Source: a bacterium
GTDB taxonomy: Bacteria > Patescibacteriota > Saccharimonadia > Saccharimonadales > Saccharimonadaceae
NCBI GenBank assembly: GCA_021781475.1
Contig: JAJXWT010000001.1
Coordinates: 17,161-81,160, forward strand
Direction: 5' to 3'
Length of the DNA stretch: 64,000 nucleotides
Program-made: the position numbers and the translations under genes
Shown: piece after piece, positions 18,454-27,930 of the stretch
Layout of the letters: the number at the start of each line of letters is the position of its first letter
Numbering within the stretch: the stretch's first letter is position 1
Notes under the pieces: generated by a model
Database searches by the model: none
Told to the model about the DNA's origin: nothing
Seen by the model: only the letters and a program-made list of their open reading frames with translations

Positions 18454-19662
18454 ATGCAAGAACAAACGACCAAGCCTGAGACCGAAACAACTACAAAAGA
18501 CGCGGCACCTGACATACCGACTACGGCAGAACCGGGCGTACATGCACGCCGGCCAATGCCAAAGCGAAAGTTAGCTATTCTCGTCACACTGCTCGTGGTC
18601 GCATTTGCTGGTGCGCTTGCCTATGATCGCACGCATATGCCACAAGACACGCCGCAGCCAAGCACATCTTTTGATGGTAATACAGTGACAACGGCGGCGC
18701 AGGAATCTGTCACCGCAGTGGCTGCAAAAGTGTCGCCGAGCGTGGTGTCGATTGTCACAAACATCACTCAGCAGTCATATTTTGGTGGTACGTACAGTAG
18801 CCAGGCAGCGGGTACCGGCATTATTGTGAGTAGCGACGGTTATATACTCACCAATAAACACGTGATTAGCGGCGCAAAATCGGTGCAGGTTGTCACATCT
18901 GACGGTACAACGTACGATAACGTGACTGTTCTTGGCACGGACCCCCTAAACGACATCGCCTTTTTGAAGATTAATGGCGCGAGTGGCCTTACGCCGGCCG
19001 TGTTAGGCAACTCGTCAACGGTGCGTGTGGGCCAAAGCGTAGTTGCGATTGGTAATGCGCTGGGTCAGTACCAAAACACTGTAACGAGCGGCATTATTAG
19101 CGGCCTTGGTCGCCCCGTGCAGGCGGGTGATGCGACCGGTACGTCAACAGAGTCACTGACCGATCTGTTCCAGACCGACGCCTCAATCAACCCAGGTAAC
19201 TCTGGTGGCCCGCTCCTGAACATGGCCGGTCAGGTGATTGGGATTAACACGGCAATTGCGCAAAATGCTCAGGGGATTGGGTTCAGTATCCCGATTGATG
19301 CGACCAAAGGCATGTTGAAATCTGTTCTCGCGGGCAAGGGTGTGCAACGTGCGTACCTAGGGGTCCACTATATCGAGATTACTCCGGCAGTTGCCAAGCA
19401 GTACAATTTGCCAGTTAAGCGCGGTGCGTATGTCTATGATAGTAGCAGCACGCCTGCCGTTGTGAGTGGCGGTCCGGCAGATATAGCAGGTGTCCAACAA
19501 AAAGACATTATCACTAAGGTGAACGGTGAGACTGTTGGCGCAAGCGCTGGTGTATCAAGCCTTATCGGCGAATACGCGCCAGGCGATACAATATCTTTGA
19601 CTGTCCTAAGGGGCGGCCACGAGCAAACTCTGCAAGTGACCCTTGGCGTCTATAAAGCTTAG
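18454..19662 (+). CDS. htrA: HtrA/DegP-like serine protease with PDZ domain
   Basis: TM anchor, ILTNKHV, DIAFLK, INPGNSGGPL, C-terminal PDZ (AYLGV...GPADIAG). Confidence 0.93.
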   Translation: MQEQTTKPETETTTKDAAPDIPTTAEPGVHARRPMPKRKLAILVTLLVVAFAGALAYDRTHMPQDTPQPSTSFDGNTVTTAAQESVTAVAAKVSPSVVSIVTNITQQSYFGGTYSSQAAGTGIIVSSDGYILTNKHVISGAKSVQVVTSDGTTYDNVTVLGTDPLNDIAFLKINGASGLTPAVLGNSSTVRVGQSVVAIGNALGQYQNTVTSGIISGLGRPVQAGDATGTSTESLTDLFQTDASINPGNSGGPLLNMAGQVIGINTAIAQNAQGIGFSIPIDATKGMLKSVLAGKGVQRAYLGVHYIEITPAVAKQYNLPVKRGAYVYDSSSTPAVVSGGPADIAGVQQKDIITKVNGETVGASAGVSSLIGEYAPGDTISLTVLRGGHEQTLQVTLGVYKA

Positions 19663-20495
19663 CTTTTTGTAAACGCAAGGCAATATCCGCTGGTTTCAAT
19701 TATGGAAAGCCGGCGGTTTTTTGCATGGGCGATAATGGCGGCGTGCTGGGTTGGGTCGGCCTCAAGCAAAAGCAGGCCGGCCTTTTTGAGGTATAGACCG
19801 GTTTGGTCGATAAGCTGATAGATAAGCGCGAGGCCGCCGTTTTCGGCGAATAGGGCGAGCGCTGGCTCGTGGTTTGTCTCGGGCGATCGCTCCCAGCTTG
19901 TATCGACATAGGGCAGGTTTGCCAGAATAATATCAAAGGTGCCAGTGATATTAGTAAGGAGATCTGATCTTTGGATGGTGACCGTAGCCCCTAGCGACCG
20001 CGCGTTGTCTTCGGCGATGGTTAAGGCGTGATTGCTGGTATCACATAAAGTGACGTCGAGCGGCAGTTCAAGTTTCGCCGTAATGCCAAGGCAGCCGCTG
20101 CCTGTACCGACATCAACGAGCCGACCTGGTTTTTCGCCCCAGTGTTTTTTTAGGCACTCAATAAGCGCTTCACTGTCGGGGCGGGGAATTAAGACGCTTG
20201 GTGTGACTTTAAAGCTGCGCCCATAAAACTCTTTATGCCCAATAATATAAGCGACAGGTACGCGATCTTTGCGCAAATCAAGCCGCGCATTGGCAATTTC
20301 GAGCCGGTGGGGGTCGAGGGTGTCGTCGCCGTGCGCATGCAAGTAGGTGCGGCTTTTGTGCAATGTGTGGGCGAGTATTAACTCGGCATCAAGGAGCGCT
20401 GTCGGGATGTTGGCCATGGCGAGCTCTTCGGCAGCGTCTCGCAGCCAAGTGCTAATTGTTGTCTGTGGCACCGCTGGCTTTAAGCTCGCGTTCAT
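19659..20495 (-). CDS. prmC: Release factor glutamine methyltransferase
   Basis: [22 protein letters not shown]; follows prfA. Confidence 0.95.
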   Translation of the reverse strand: MNASLKPAVPQTTISTWLRDAAEELAMANIPTALLDAELILAHTLHKSRTYLHAHGDDTLDPHRLEIANARLDLRKDRVPVAYIIGHKEFYGRSFKVTPSVLIPRPDSEALIECLKKHWGEKPGRLVDVGTGSGCLGITAKLELPLDVTLCDTSNHALTIAEDNARSLGATVTIQRSDLLTNITGTFDIILANLPYVDTSWERSPETNHEPALALFAENGGLALIYQLIDQTGLYLKKAGLLLLEADPTQHAAIIAHAKNRRLSIIETSGYCLAFTKS

Positions 20496-21528
20496 AAGCC
20501 ATCAACCTTTCGATGATGTCGTCGATGTCACCGTTCATGGCCGCGGGGATATTGCTGCGGCTGTAGCCAATGCGGTGGTCGGTAATGCGGTCTTGCGGGA
20601 AGTTATAGGTACGGATTTTTTCGCTGCGGTCGCCTGTACCCACAAGGGCCCGGCGGTCGGCGGTCAATTTGGCATTGTCTTTGTCGATTTTAATTTGCAG
20701 TAAACGCGAGCGTAAAATACTCATCGCTTTTTCTTTATTTTTAATCTGCGATTTTTCATCTTGGTTGGTCACAATCATGCCGGTGGGCAGGTAGGTGATG
20801 CGTACGGCGCTGTCGGTGGTATTGACGCTTTGGCCACCGTGGCCGCTACTGCGGTAAATATCAATACGCAGGTCTTTTGGGTCAAGCTGAATGTCGGTTT
20901 CTTCGGCTTCGGGCAGCACGGCAACGGTCACGGTGCTGGTGTGAATGCGCCCTTGGCTTTCGGTTGCTGGCACGCGCTGCACACGGTGCACGCCACCTTC
21001 GAACTTTAATTTGCTGTAGGCGGAATCACCCTTGACCATAAACACGACTTCTTTGTAGCCGCCGGTGTCGTTGGCACTTTCGTTCATCAGCTCGGTTTTG
21101 TAACCATGTGTTTCGCACCAGCGCAGGTACATGCGGTACAGCTCGGCGGCAAATAGGCTGGCTTCGTCACCACCGGCACCGGCGCGGATTTCAATAATCA
21201 CGTTTTTTTCGTCGTTTGGGTCTTTGGGGGTGAGCATAACAAACAGCTGGTCATTGATGCGCTCGAGCTCTTGCTCGAGTTCGGGCAGTTCTTCTTTGGC
21301 GAGCGCGGCCAGTTCGTCGCCGCCGGTTGAAAGTTCGCGGGCCTGTGCAATTTGGCTTTCGAGTGACGTCAGGCGCTCACCAGCAGTAATCAGTTCGTCG
21401 AGCACCATTAGGCGCCGGTTCTTTATGGCAAAATCGGGGTCGTTAAAGGCATCGGGGCGGGCTAAAAATGCCGTTAGTTCGGCTTTTTCGCTTTTTAGAT
21501 CGCTCGTATTTAAGTTAATCTTTGGCAT
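20452..21528 (-). CDS. prfA: Peptide chain release factor 1
   Basis: PAT recognition motif ([13 protein letters not shown]), GGQ (GHGGQSVN). Confidence 0.96.
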   Translation of the reverse strand: MPKINLNTSDLKSEKAELTAFLARPDAFNDPDFAIKNRRLMVLDELITAGERLTSLESQIAQARELSTGGDELAALAKEELPELEQELERINDQLFVMLTPKDPNDEKNVIIEIRAGAGGDEASLFAAELYRMYLRWCETHGYKTELMNESANDTGGYKEVVFMVKGDSAYSKLKFEGGVHRVQRVPATESQGRIHTSTVTVAVLPEAEETDIQLDPKDLRIDIYRSSGHGGQSVNTTDSAVRITYLPTGMIVTNQDEKSQIKNKEKAMSILRSRLLQIKIDKDNAKLTADRRALVGTGDRSEKIRTYNFPQDRITDHRIGYSRSNIPAAMNGDIDDIIERLMAYERELKASGATDNN

Positions 21529-21576
21529 AACTGCACGTAGTATAGCATATTACAGGGGTGATAAGCACATGGGCAA

Positions 21577-21608
21577 CCAAAATACCGCCCATGTGGGCGG
21601 TATTTTGG
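21577..21608 (-). terminator. Hairpin/terminator after rpmE
   Basis: Perfect 14-bp stem CCAAAATACCGCCC-ATGT-GGGCGGTATTTTGG. Confidence 0.7.
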
Positions 21609-21619
21609 TGCGACGGGGC

Positions 21620-21937
21620 CTACTCGGCTTTTGCAGCTTTTTTAGCGTTGGCTTTTTTAGCCTTAGCGGCTAAGGCGCTGCGGCGGTCTTCGGCGGCCTT
21701 GGCGCGTGCCTTAAAGCGGTCAACCCGGCCTTCGGTGTCGATGATCTTTTCTTCGCCAGTAAAGAACGGGTGGCTGGCAGAGCTAATATGAACCTTAATC
21801 AATGGGTATTCGTTGCCGTCTTCCCATTTTATGGTTTCGGTGGTTGGTGCGCTTGACTTAGTCAAGAACGCGAAGCCTGCTTGTTCGTCGCTAAATACGA
21901 CCAGGCGGTAGTCTTGTGGGTGAATACTGCTTTTCAT
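21620..21937 (-). CDS. rpmE: 50S ribosomal protein L31, type B (Zn-free)
   Basis: [17 protein letters not shown]...[24 protein letters not shown]; start moved to ATG 21937; no Cys. Confidence 0.93.
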   Translation of the reverse strand: MKSSIHPQDYRLVVFSDEQAGFAFLTKSSAPTTETIKWEDGNEYPLIKVHISSASHPFFTGEEKIIDTEGRVDRFKARAKAAEDRRSALAAKAKKANAKKAAKAE

Positions 21938-21969
21938 AACTCGACCAATTGTACACCATGGCGCCACTA

Positions 21970-22062
21970 TTGTCAAAGGGTTAAAAATGCGCTACAATAG
22001 TTTGGTAATCAATTTTAATGACACAACCTACCGGCATACTCCTGAATTTCGGGGCTGGTGGG
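21970..22062 (+). promoter_or_regulatory. rpsB promoter and structured leader (candidate S2 autoregulatory, t44-like RNA)
   Basis: TTGTCA-17-TACAAT (21970-21998); leader hairpin CCUACCGG...CUGGUGGG (22027-22062) with inner CUCC/GGGG, just before SD AAGGAG. Confidence 0.55.
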
Positions 22063-22082
22063 TGAGGATAAAGGAGTAACTA

Positions 22083-22808
22083 ATGTCTAACGTAGACATC
22101 AAAGACCTTTTTGAGGCCGGCGTTCACTTTGGTCATAAGACCAGCCGTTGGCACCCAAAAATGGCGCCATACATTCACAGCAAGCGCCAAGACAGCCATA
22201 TTATTAACCTTGAAGAGACAGTCAAGGCCCTTGATACGGCGTTGCCGTTTCTTACAAGTGTTGCCGGCACAGGCAAGCAGATTTTGTTTGTGGGCACTAA
22301 AAAGCAGGCCAAAGAAATCGTCAAAGCAGCGGCCGAAAAGGTTGAAATGCCGTTTGTGACTGAGCGTTGGATTGGTGGCATGCTAACAAATGTTGCTACC
22401 GTGAACGCGCAGATTAAAAAGCTCAAGGATCTTGAGCGCCGCATGGAAAGTGGCGAGCTTGAAAAGCGTTATAACAAGCTTGAGGTGCAACGGTTCCAGG
22501 AAGAAATCGATGCGCTCAATGTAAAGTACGGTGGCATCAAAGATTTGAACGGTCACCCAGGTGCAATGATCGTGATCGACTCAATTGTCGATGACAACGC
22601 GATTAAAGAAGCAGCCACCTTGAACATCCCAGTTGTGGCCGTTGTTGATAGCAATGCCGACCCAAGCAAGGTAGCGTACGCCATTCCTGGCAACGACGAT
22701 TCACTAAAGGGTATCGAGTTATTGCTCAGCTACTTTGCTGATGCCGTGCAGGCGGGCAAGGTGAGCGCGAGCAAAGCCGAAAAAGTACCTGCAAAAGAAG
22801 CAAAATAG
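22083..22808 (+). CDS. rpsB: 30S ribosomal protein S2
   Basis: LFEAGVHFGHKTSRWHPKM, ILFVGTKKQA, RWIGGMLTN, IPGNDD. Confidence 0.98.
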   Translation: MSNVDIKDLFEAGVHFGHKTSRWHPKMAPYIHSKRQDSHIINLEETVKALDTALPFLTSVAGTGKQILFVGTKKQAKEIVKAAAEKVEMPFVTERWIGGMLTNVATVNAQIKKLKDLERRMESGELEKRYNKLEVQRFQEEIDALNVKYGGIKDLNGHPGAMIVIDSIVDDNAIKEAATLNIPVVAVVDSNADPSKVAYAIPGNDDSLKGIELLLSYFADAVQAGKVSASKAEKVPAKEAK

Positions 22809-22816
22809 GGGGAAAT

Positions 22817-23413
22817 ATGGCAGTTACGATTGATGACATCAAAAAACTAAAGGAACTGACCGGTATCGGCTTGACTGACGCTAAAAAAGCGTTAGTTGAG
22901 GCCGAAGGCAATTTTGAAAAGGCGCTCGGGGAACTCCGTAAAAAAGGGTTAACCAAAGCTGAAAAGAAAGGCGACCGTGAAACACGCGAGGGCCTGATTG
23001 AAAGCTATGTGCACAGTGGCCGCATTGGTGTGGTTGCTGAAATCAACTGCGAAACTGACTTTGTGGCACGCTTGCCAGAGTTTAAGGAATTTGCACACCA
23101 AATTACCATGCAGATTGCGGCGATGAGCCCGCGTTATAGCACCATGGAAGATATTCCTGCTGAGGTGTACCAAGCGAAAAAGAGCGAATTGCTTGCGAGT
23201 GAAGACTTGCAAAAGAAACCCGAAAACATGCGCGAGCAAATTATTGAAGGCCAGTTAAAAAAGTATTTTGCCGAGCAGGTTTTGAGCGAACAGCCATTTG
23301 TGCTCGACGACACCAAAACAGTCGGCCAGCTTATAAAGGAGCAAATCGCGCTCCGTGGCGAAAATGTCCGGGTCAGCCAGTTTAAACGTATCGAACTTGG
23401 CGTTACCGAGTAA
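22817..23413 (+). CDS. tsf: Elongation factor Ts (short form)
   Basis: IKKLKELTG.G..DAKKAL, EINCETDFVA. Confidence 0.96.
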   Translation: MAVTIDDIKKLKELTGIGLTDAKKALVEAEGNFEKALGELRKKGLTKAEKKGDRETREGLIESYVHSGRIGVVAEINCETDFVARLPEFKEFAHQITMQIAAMSPRYSTMEDIPAEVYQAKKSELLASEDLQKKPENMREQIIEGQLKKYFAEQVLSEQPFVLDDTKTVGQLIKEQIALRGENVRVSQFKRIELGVTE

Positions 23414-23431
23414 AGCCAGATTTTTGTGAAC

Positions 23432-23465
23432 ATAAAAACGAGCCCGAACATGGGCTCATTTTTAT
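23432..23465. terminator. Bidirectional terminator between tsf and recF
   Basis: ATAAAAAC-GAGCCC-GAACAT-GGGCTC-ATTTTTAT. Confidence 0.7.
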
Positions 23466-24532
23466 GATGTCAGCGTAATGATGCTCGCGTTAATTTTGAG
23501 CTCATCACGTAAATCGGTGGCGGTAATGATGGTCTGGTGGTCCTTAAGGGCCGCCATGAGCTGCTGTTCGCGGGTGCTGTCGAGCTCGCTAAAAACATCA
23601 TCCATTAATATGACGGGGTTGCTGCCGTACACGCGCCTTTGCAGCTCAACCTCTAGGAGCTTATACGCGAGCATGATAGTGCGCATTTCGCCGCGGCTGG
23701 CACTTTCGCTGGCCGGGTGTCCGTCGAGGCTTACCAAAAAGTCGTCGCGGTGCGGGCCAATACTGGTGTAGCCGTGCATAGCATCGGCGTGGCGGCGTTG
23801 TTCTAGGTGGCGCAGTAATGTTTGCGCATAGGTATTGCTTGATGGGGAAGATTGGTAGGTAGTCGCCACCGAATGCCGGCTACCAGCCATGCTGCTATAT
23901 AGCTCCGAAAGCCGTCCGTTGCTGGTACGTACGATTTCGTTGCGGAGCTTGGTAATAACATCGGCGAGCTCGGTAAATTTGATATCCCAGGCAAACAGCT
24001 GCGCGTCCCAGCTTGCGGGCTGCATAGCCTGCTGCTGCTTTAAGAGTTCGTTGCGTTGCAGGACAACCCGCTGGTAGCGGCTTAAAGCGGTGGCATATTG
24101 GGGGTACAGCCGGCTTAATATGCCATCAAAAAATTGCCGCCGCCGCTGGGGGCTACTGCTTAACAGGCGGAGTTCATCGGGCTCAAATAGCACGACAGGC
24201 GCGCGGTACTTGGCGGGTAAGCGAGCGGTTGTTTTTTGCTCGACAGTGAACACCTTTTTTAATTTGTCGTCGGGTAATATTTCTAGGCTGGCACGGCGCT
24301 CGACACCAGCGGCATCGGTTAGTAGTAGGTTGGCGCGTGCTGCGGTGTGGGCAATCATGTCACGGTCACGGCCCTTAAAGCTGGTACCCTGCAGCAAATA
24401 GTGGATGCTTTCCAGCAGGGTTGTCTTGCCGGTGCCGTTACGCCCCAAAATTAACGTGACGCCAGGGTTAAGCGGCGCTGTGTAGATAGTGTATGGGCGT
24501 ATGTTGTTGACCCGCAACTCCCTAATAATCAT
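23462..24532 (-). CDS. recF: DNA replication and repair protein RecF
   Basis: Start at ATG 24532 (MIIRELRVNNIRPY); Walker A GRNGTGKT, IGPHRDDF, ASRGEMR, LMDDVFSELD. Confidence 0.92.
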   Translation of the reverse strand: MIIRELRVNNIRPYTIYTAPLNPGVTLILGRNGTGKTTLLESIHYLLQGTSFKGRDRDMIAHTAARANLLLTDAAGVERRASLEILPDDKLKKVFTVEQKTTARLPAKYRAPVVLFEPDELRLLSSSPQRRRQFFDGILSRLYPQYATALSRYQRVVLQRNELLKQQQAMQPASWDAQLFAWDIKFTELADVITKLRNEIVRTSNGRLSELYSSMAGSRHSVATTYQSSPSSNTYAQTLLRHLEQRRHADAMHGYTSIGPHRDDFLVSLDGHPASESASRGEMRTIMLAYKLLEVELQRRVYGSNPVILMDDVFSELDSTREQQLMAALKDHQTIITATDLRDELKINASIITLTS

Positions 24533-24541
24533 GCTCCCTTT

Positions 24542-24551
24542 AGTATATAAT
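24542..24551. promoter_or_regulatory. Overlapping divergent -10 boxes (recF / frr)
   Basis: AGTATATAAT reads TATACT on the - strand (9 nt before the recF ATG) and TATAAT on the + strand. Confidence 0.6.
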
Positions 24552-24574
24552 AAGGGCAAAGAAAGCGAGGACTT

Positions 24575-25129
24575 ATGTTTAACACAGACCCATATGAGCA
24601 AAAGATGACAACAGCCCTGGACCACTTTGAAGAGGACCTGAAAAAAATCCGGACTGGGCGGGCGCACCCTGGTATGCTTGATGGCATTAAGGTGGAGGCA
24701 TACGGCACGATCATGCCGTTAAACCAGGTGGCAAACGTGACTGCGCCAGAAGGCCAATTGCTGCAGGTGACGCCATTTGACCCAAGTACGCTGCAAAAGA
24801 TTGCTGCCGCTATTCGTGAAGACCAAACGCTCGGCTTTAATCCAAGCGATGACGGCCGGGTGATTCGCGTACCAGTACCGGCGCTGACCGAAGAGCGGCG
24901 CAAGCAACTGGTAAAGCTTGCGAGCGAAAAGGTCGAAGACGCACGGATTGTCATGCGGGCAGTTCGCCAAGACGGTATCAAAGACGCAAAACGCATGAAA
25001 GACGCCAAGGAAATCGGCGAAGACGACCTAAAGGCGGTGGAAAAAGAGTTTGATCGCCTAATGCAGGAGTTCCAGGGCAAGATTGAGGCCGCATTTAAGG
25101 CGAAAGAACAGGATATCCTTACAATCTAA
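24575..25129 (+). CDS. frr: Ribosome recycling factor
   Basis: IRTGRAHPGMLD, VPALTEERRKQLVK. Confidence 0.97.
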   Translation: MFNTDPYEQKMTTALDHFEEDLKKIRTGRAHPGMLDGIKVEAYGTIMPLNQVANVTAPEGQLLQVTPFDPSTLQKIAAAIREDQTLGFNPSDDGRVIRVPVPALTEERRKQLVKLASEKVEDARIVMRAVRQDGIKDAKRMKDAKEIGEDDLKAVEKEFDRLMQEFQGKIEAAFKAKEQDILTI

Positions 25130-25821
25130 TGAACGATCATCTGGTCCCGCGGCATATCGGGTTTATTATTGACGGCAATCGCCGCTGGGCGAAAGAGCGT
25201 GGCCTGAAGGCATACGAAGGCCACTATGCTGGCTATGAGCGTGTCAAGGAGGTACTAATTGAGACAATCCGCCAAGGCGTCAAATATGTCAGCTGTTTTG
25301 TATTTAGCACGGAAAACTGGGCGCGTCCAAAAATAGAAGTGAATAAAATTATGGATTTATTCATGAAAGCGATGGTCGACGATATCCCCATATTTAATAC
25401 TGAGGATGTGCGGGTTAAGATTATTGGCACGCGCGAACGGCTAAGCGCTAAGGTGCTGGACGCCATTGCGCATGTTGAACGCGAAACCGCTAATAATAGT
25501 ACTGGCGAGCTGCTGATTTGCTTTAATTACGGCGGTTACCAAGAAATCGCTGATGCAGTTGTTGCTATTGTCGAATCAGGCGTGAGTGCCGGTGATATTA
25601 CGCCAGATCTTATTAGCCAACATTTATACGCGCCAGAGGTGCCGGCATGCGATATGATTGTTCGCACCAGTGGCGAGCAGCGCTTAAGCGGTTTTATGCT
25701 ATGGCGCGCGGCCTATAGCGAACTTATGTTCATTGATAAATACTGGCCTGACATGACAAAGCAAGACGTAACCGTTATACTAAGGGAATACACAAGCAGA
25801 AATCGAAGGTTTGGAGGGTAG
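25129..25821 (+). CDS. uppS: Undecaprenyl diphosphate synthase (cis-prenyltransferase)
   Basis: HIGFIIDGNRRWA, FSTENWAR, RTSGEQRLSGF. Confidence 0.96.
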   Translation: MNDHLVPRHIGFIIDGNRRWAKERGLKAYEGHYAGYERVKEVLIETIRQGVKYVSCFVFSTENWARPKIEVNKIMDLFMKAMVDDIPIFNTEDVRVKIIGTRERLSAKVLDAIAHVERETANNSTGELLICFNYGGYQEIADAVVAIVESGVSAGDITPDLISQHLYAPEVPACDMIVRTSGEQRLSGFMLWRAAYSELMFIDKYWPDMTKQDVTVILREYTSRNRRFGG

Positions 25822-26994
25822 ATGGATCTTATTTTAGGCATACTACTAGGGATACTAGTGCTCACATTTTTGGTGGCAGCCCACGAATTTGGGCATGGCT
25901 TTATTGCCCGCCGCAATGGCGTCAAAGTCGAGGAGTTCGCAATCGGATTTCCGCCGAAAATCACGAGCAAAGTCGTTCCGAAAAGCCCACTGGGCAACAA
26001 TGTCGAATATAGTGTGAATGCGCTCCCGATCGGCGGCTTTGTCCGCCTAAAGGGTGAGCACGATAGCGCAGAAGACGAGGGTAGCTACGGGGCGGCCACG
26101 TTTTGGCAAAAGACAAAGATTTTACTGGCCGGCGTAGCGGTAAACTGGATTATTGCTGCCGTATTGCTGACGGTGCTTGCCTGGACCGGCTTACCCAAAA
26201 TGGCGACCGTGCTCCCGAACCAATTTACCGTGCCAAGCGACACGCAAATTGAGAACAAACCTGTCCAAATTAGTGCGATTGCCCCTGGCACGCCAGCCGA
26301 TAAGGCGGGCCTGCAGGTCGGTGACACGCTTGTTCGGTTTAACGGTCAAAAAATTGGCGCCGCTGATGACTTTGCGAGGGTTGTGCAGCAAGACGCAGGC
26401 AAAACGGTGTCCATTATTTATAGCCGTAACAATAAGGAAAATACTATTACCCTGACATTGCGTGCGGCAAATACCAATGGCGAGGGTTACCTGGGCGCTG
26501 CATTATCGCAGCAGCAGTATATCCACGCAACGTGGTCGGCACCAATTGTCGGTGTCGTCACGACGGCCCAGCTGACAGTGGCAACCGTGCAAGGTGTCGG
26601 CGCAACAATCGCAAAGGCGGCCCAAGGCTTTGCCGGCCAGTTTAGTACGAGCCACCAGGCGCGCAGCGCGGCAAGTAAAGATCTATCCGAAGCGGGCCAA
26701 AATGTCGCCGGGCCAATTGGGATATTTGGTGTTATTTTCCCGGCGGCAGAAAAAGCAGGGTTAACACAGATTGTACTGCTGACGGCGCTCATATCGCTCA
26801 CGCTCGCTGTTATGAACGTGTTGCCAATTCCTGGACTCGATGGCGCGCGGTGGTATTTAACGGCAGTATTTAAAGCCCTCAAGCGGCCACTTACCGAGGA
26901 TTTGGAGGCAAAAATTAATGGGGTTGGTATGTATATTATCTTTGGCCTTATTATTCTCGTGAGTATTGCAGATATCGGAAAGATTAGGTGGTAA
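25822..26994 (+). CDS. rseP: RIP metalloprotease RseP (M50, PDZ)
   Basis: HEFGH, PIGGFVRL, PDZ, NVLPIPGLDG. Confidence 0.93.
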   Translation: MDLILGILLGILVLTFLVAAHEFGHGFIARRNGVKVEEFAIGFPPKITSKVVPKSPLGNNVEYSVNALPIGGFVRLKGEHDSAEDEGSYGAATFWQKTKILLAGVAVNWIIAAVLLTVLAWTGLPKMATVLPNQFTVPSDTQIENKPVQISAIAPGTPADKAGLQVGDTLVRFNGQKIGAADDFARVVQQDAGKTVSIIYSRNNKENTITLTLRAANTNGEGYLGAALSQQQYIHATWSAPIVGVVTTAQLTVATVQGVGATIAKAAQGFAGQFSTSHQARSAASKDLSEAGQNVAGPIGIFGVIFPAAEKAGLTQIVLLTALISLTLAVMNVLPIPGLDGARWYLTAVFKALKRPLTEDLEAKINGVGMYIIFGLIILVSIADIGKIRW

Positions 26995-27914
26995 TGGAAG
27001 CGGCGACTACTCAACACAACAATGATACTCACGCGCAAAGGCGCCATTGGGCGCAGTGGGTGGCCTGGCCGGTATGGGCAACGGTGTGTTTTTTGCTTGC
27101 GTTCCTGATTGGTGGTATCGCGTATTCAATTTTGTACGTACTTTTTCCAGGTGTCTTTCAAGATGCAGCGCTCGGCAATTTTATAATTAGCACGCTCGTA
27201 TACCTAGTGCTTATTGGGCTATTAGTTAGCATAGCGCGCATAAAGGGCGTTATTGCATTCAGGCGGCTGCCAGCGCTGGGCACAGTGGGGTTGCCCATTG
27301 CCATTATGGCTGGCGCGTTCATGGTCTTGTTTGCTCACATTATTTCGCTTGGGCTTTTTGTTATTGTTGCGTCGATAGCGGGCCTGTTGTTTGTGTTTTC
27401 ACATTTACGCCCGCATGAGCGCACCGGTACGCTCGCGCAATATGGCATAGGCCGTTCGGTGCGGTGGGGCGATATTGGCCTAGGCTTTGCTGGCTATGTC
27501 GTGTATTTTGTGATCTTTATTGTTGCCACTATGGTGCTGACAAAAATTATTCCGGCCTATAATTCGGCGCAGTCACAAAACCTTGGCTTTACAAGCTTGG
27601 CGGGCATTGACCGCCTTGTCGGGTTTGTTGTACTAGTGGTTGTCACGCCACTGGCCGAAGAGTTTATTATGCGCGGTTTTTTGTTTGGCAAGCTCCGGGC
27701 GGCTAAAATGCCATTTTGGCCAGCGGCACTTGTTGTGAGCGTAATGTTTGGCCTGGCCCATGGGCAATGGAACGTGGGGATTGATACATTTATTTTGAGT
27801 ATGGTGGCGTGCTATTTGCGCGAAGCAACGGGCGTGATTTGGCCTGGTGTTATTATCCACATGACTAAAAACGCTATCGCGTATGTTGCGTTGTTCATTT
27901 TAATGGTGAAATAG
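26988..27914 (+). CDS. CPBP (CAAX protease/Abi) intramembrane metalloprotease
   Basis: PLAEEFIMRG, FGLAH, IHMTKN motifs; multi-TM. Confidence 0.9.
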   Translation: MVMEAATTQHNNDTHAQRRHWAQWVAWPVWATVCFLLAFLIGGIAYSILYVLFPGVFQDAALGNFIISTLVYLVLIGLLVSIARIKGVIAFRRLPALGTVGLPIAIMAGAFMVLFAHIISLGLFVIVASIAGLLFVFSHLRPHERTGTLAQYGIGRSVRWGDIGLGFAGYVVYFVIFIVATMVLTKIIPAYNSAQSQNLGFTSLAGIDRLVGFVVLVVVTPLAEEFIMRGFLFGKLRAAKMPFWPAALVVSVMFGLAHGQWNVGIDTFILSMVACYLREATGVIWPGVIIHMTKNAIAYVALFILMVK

Positions 27915-27930
27915 TACAATAGGGGTAATT

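Noticed and set aside
21131-21673. 180-aa + strand ORF
   Set aside because: Antisense shadow of prfA/rpmE with S/R-rich, non-protein-like composition.
24533-24667. N-terminal extension of recF given in the ORF track (401 aa)
   Set aside because: It overlaps frr antisense; RecF homology starts at MIIRELRV (24532), which has its own -10 box.
24529-25080. 183-aa - strand ORF
   Set aside because: Antisense shadow of frr.
27853-27861. Perfect DnaA box TTATCCACA
   Set aside because: Isolated and inside a coding sequence (Ile-Ile-His codons); consistent with chance.
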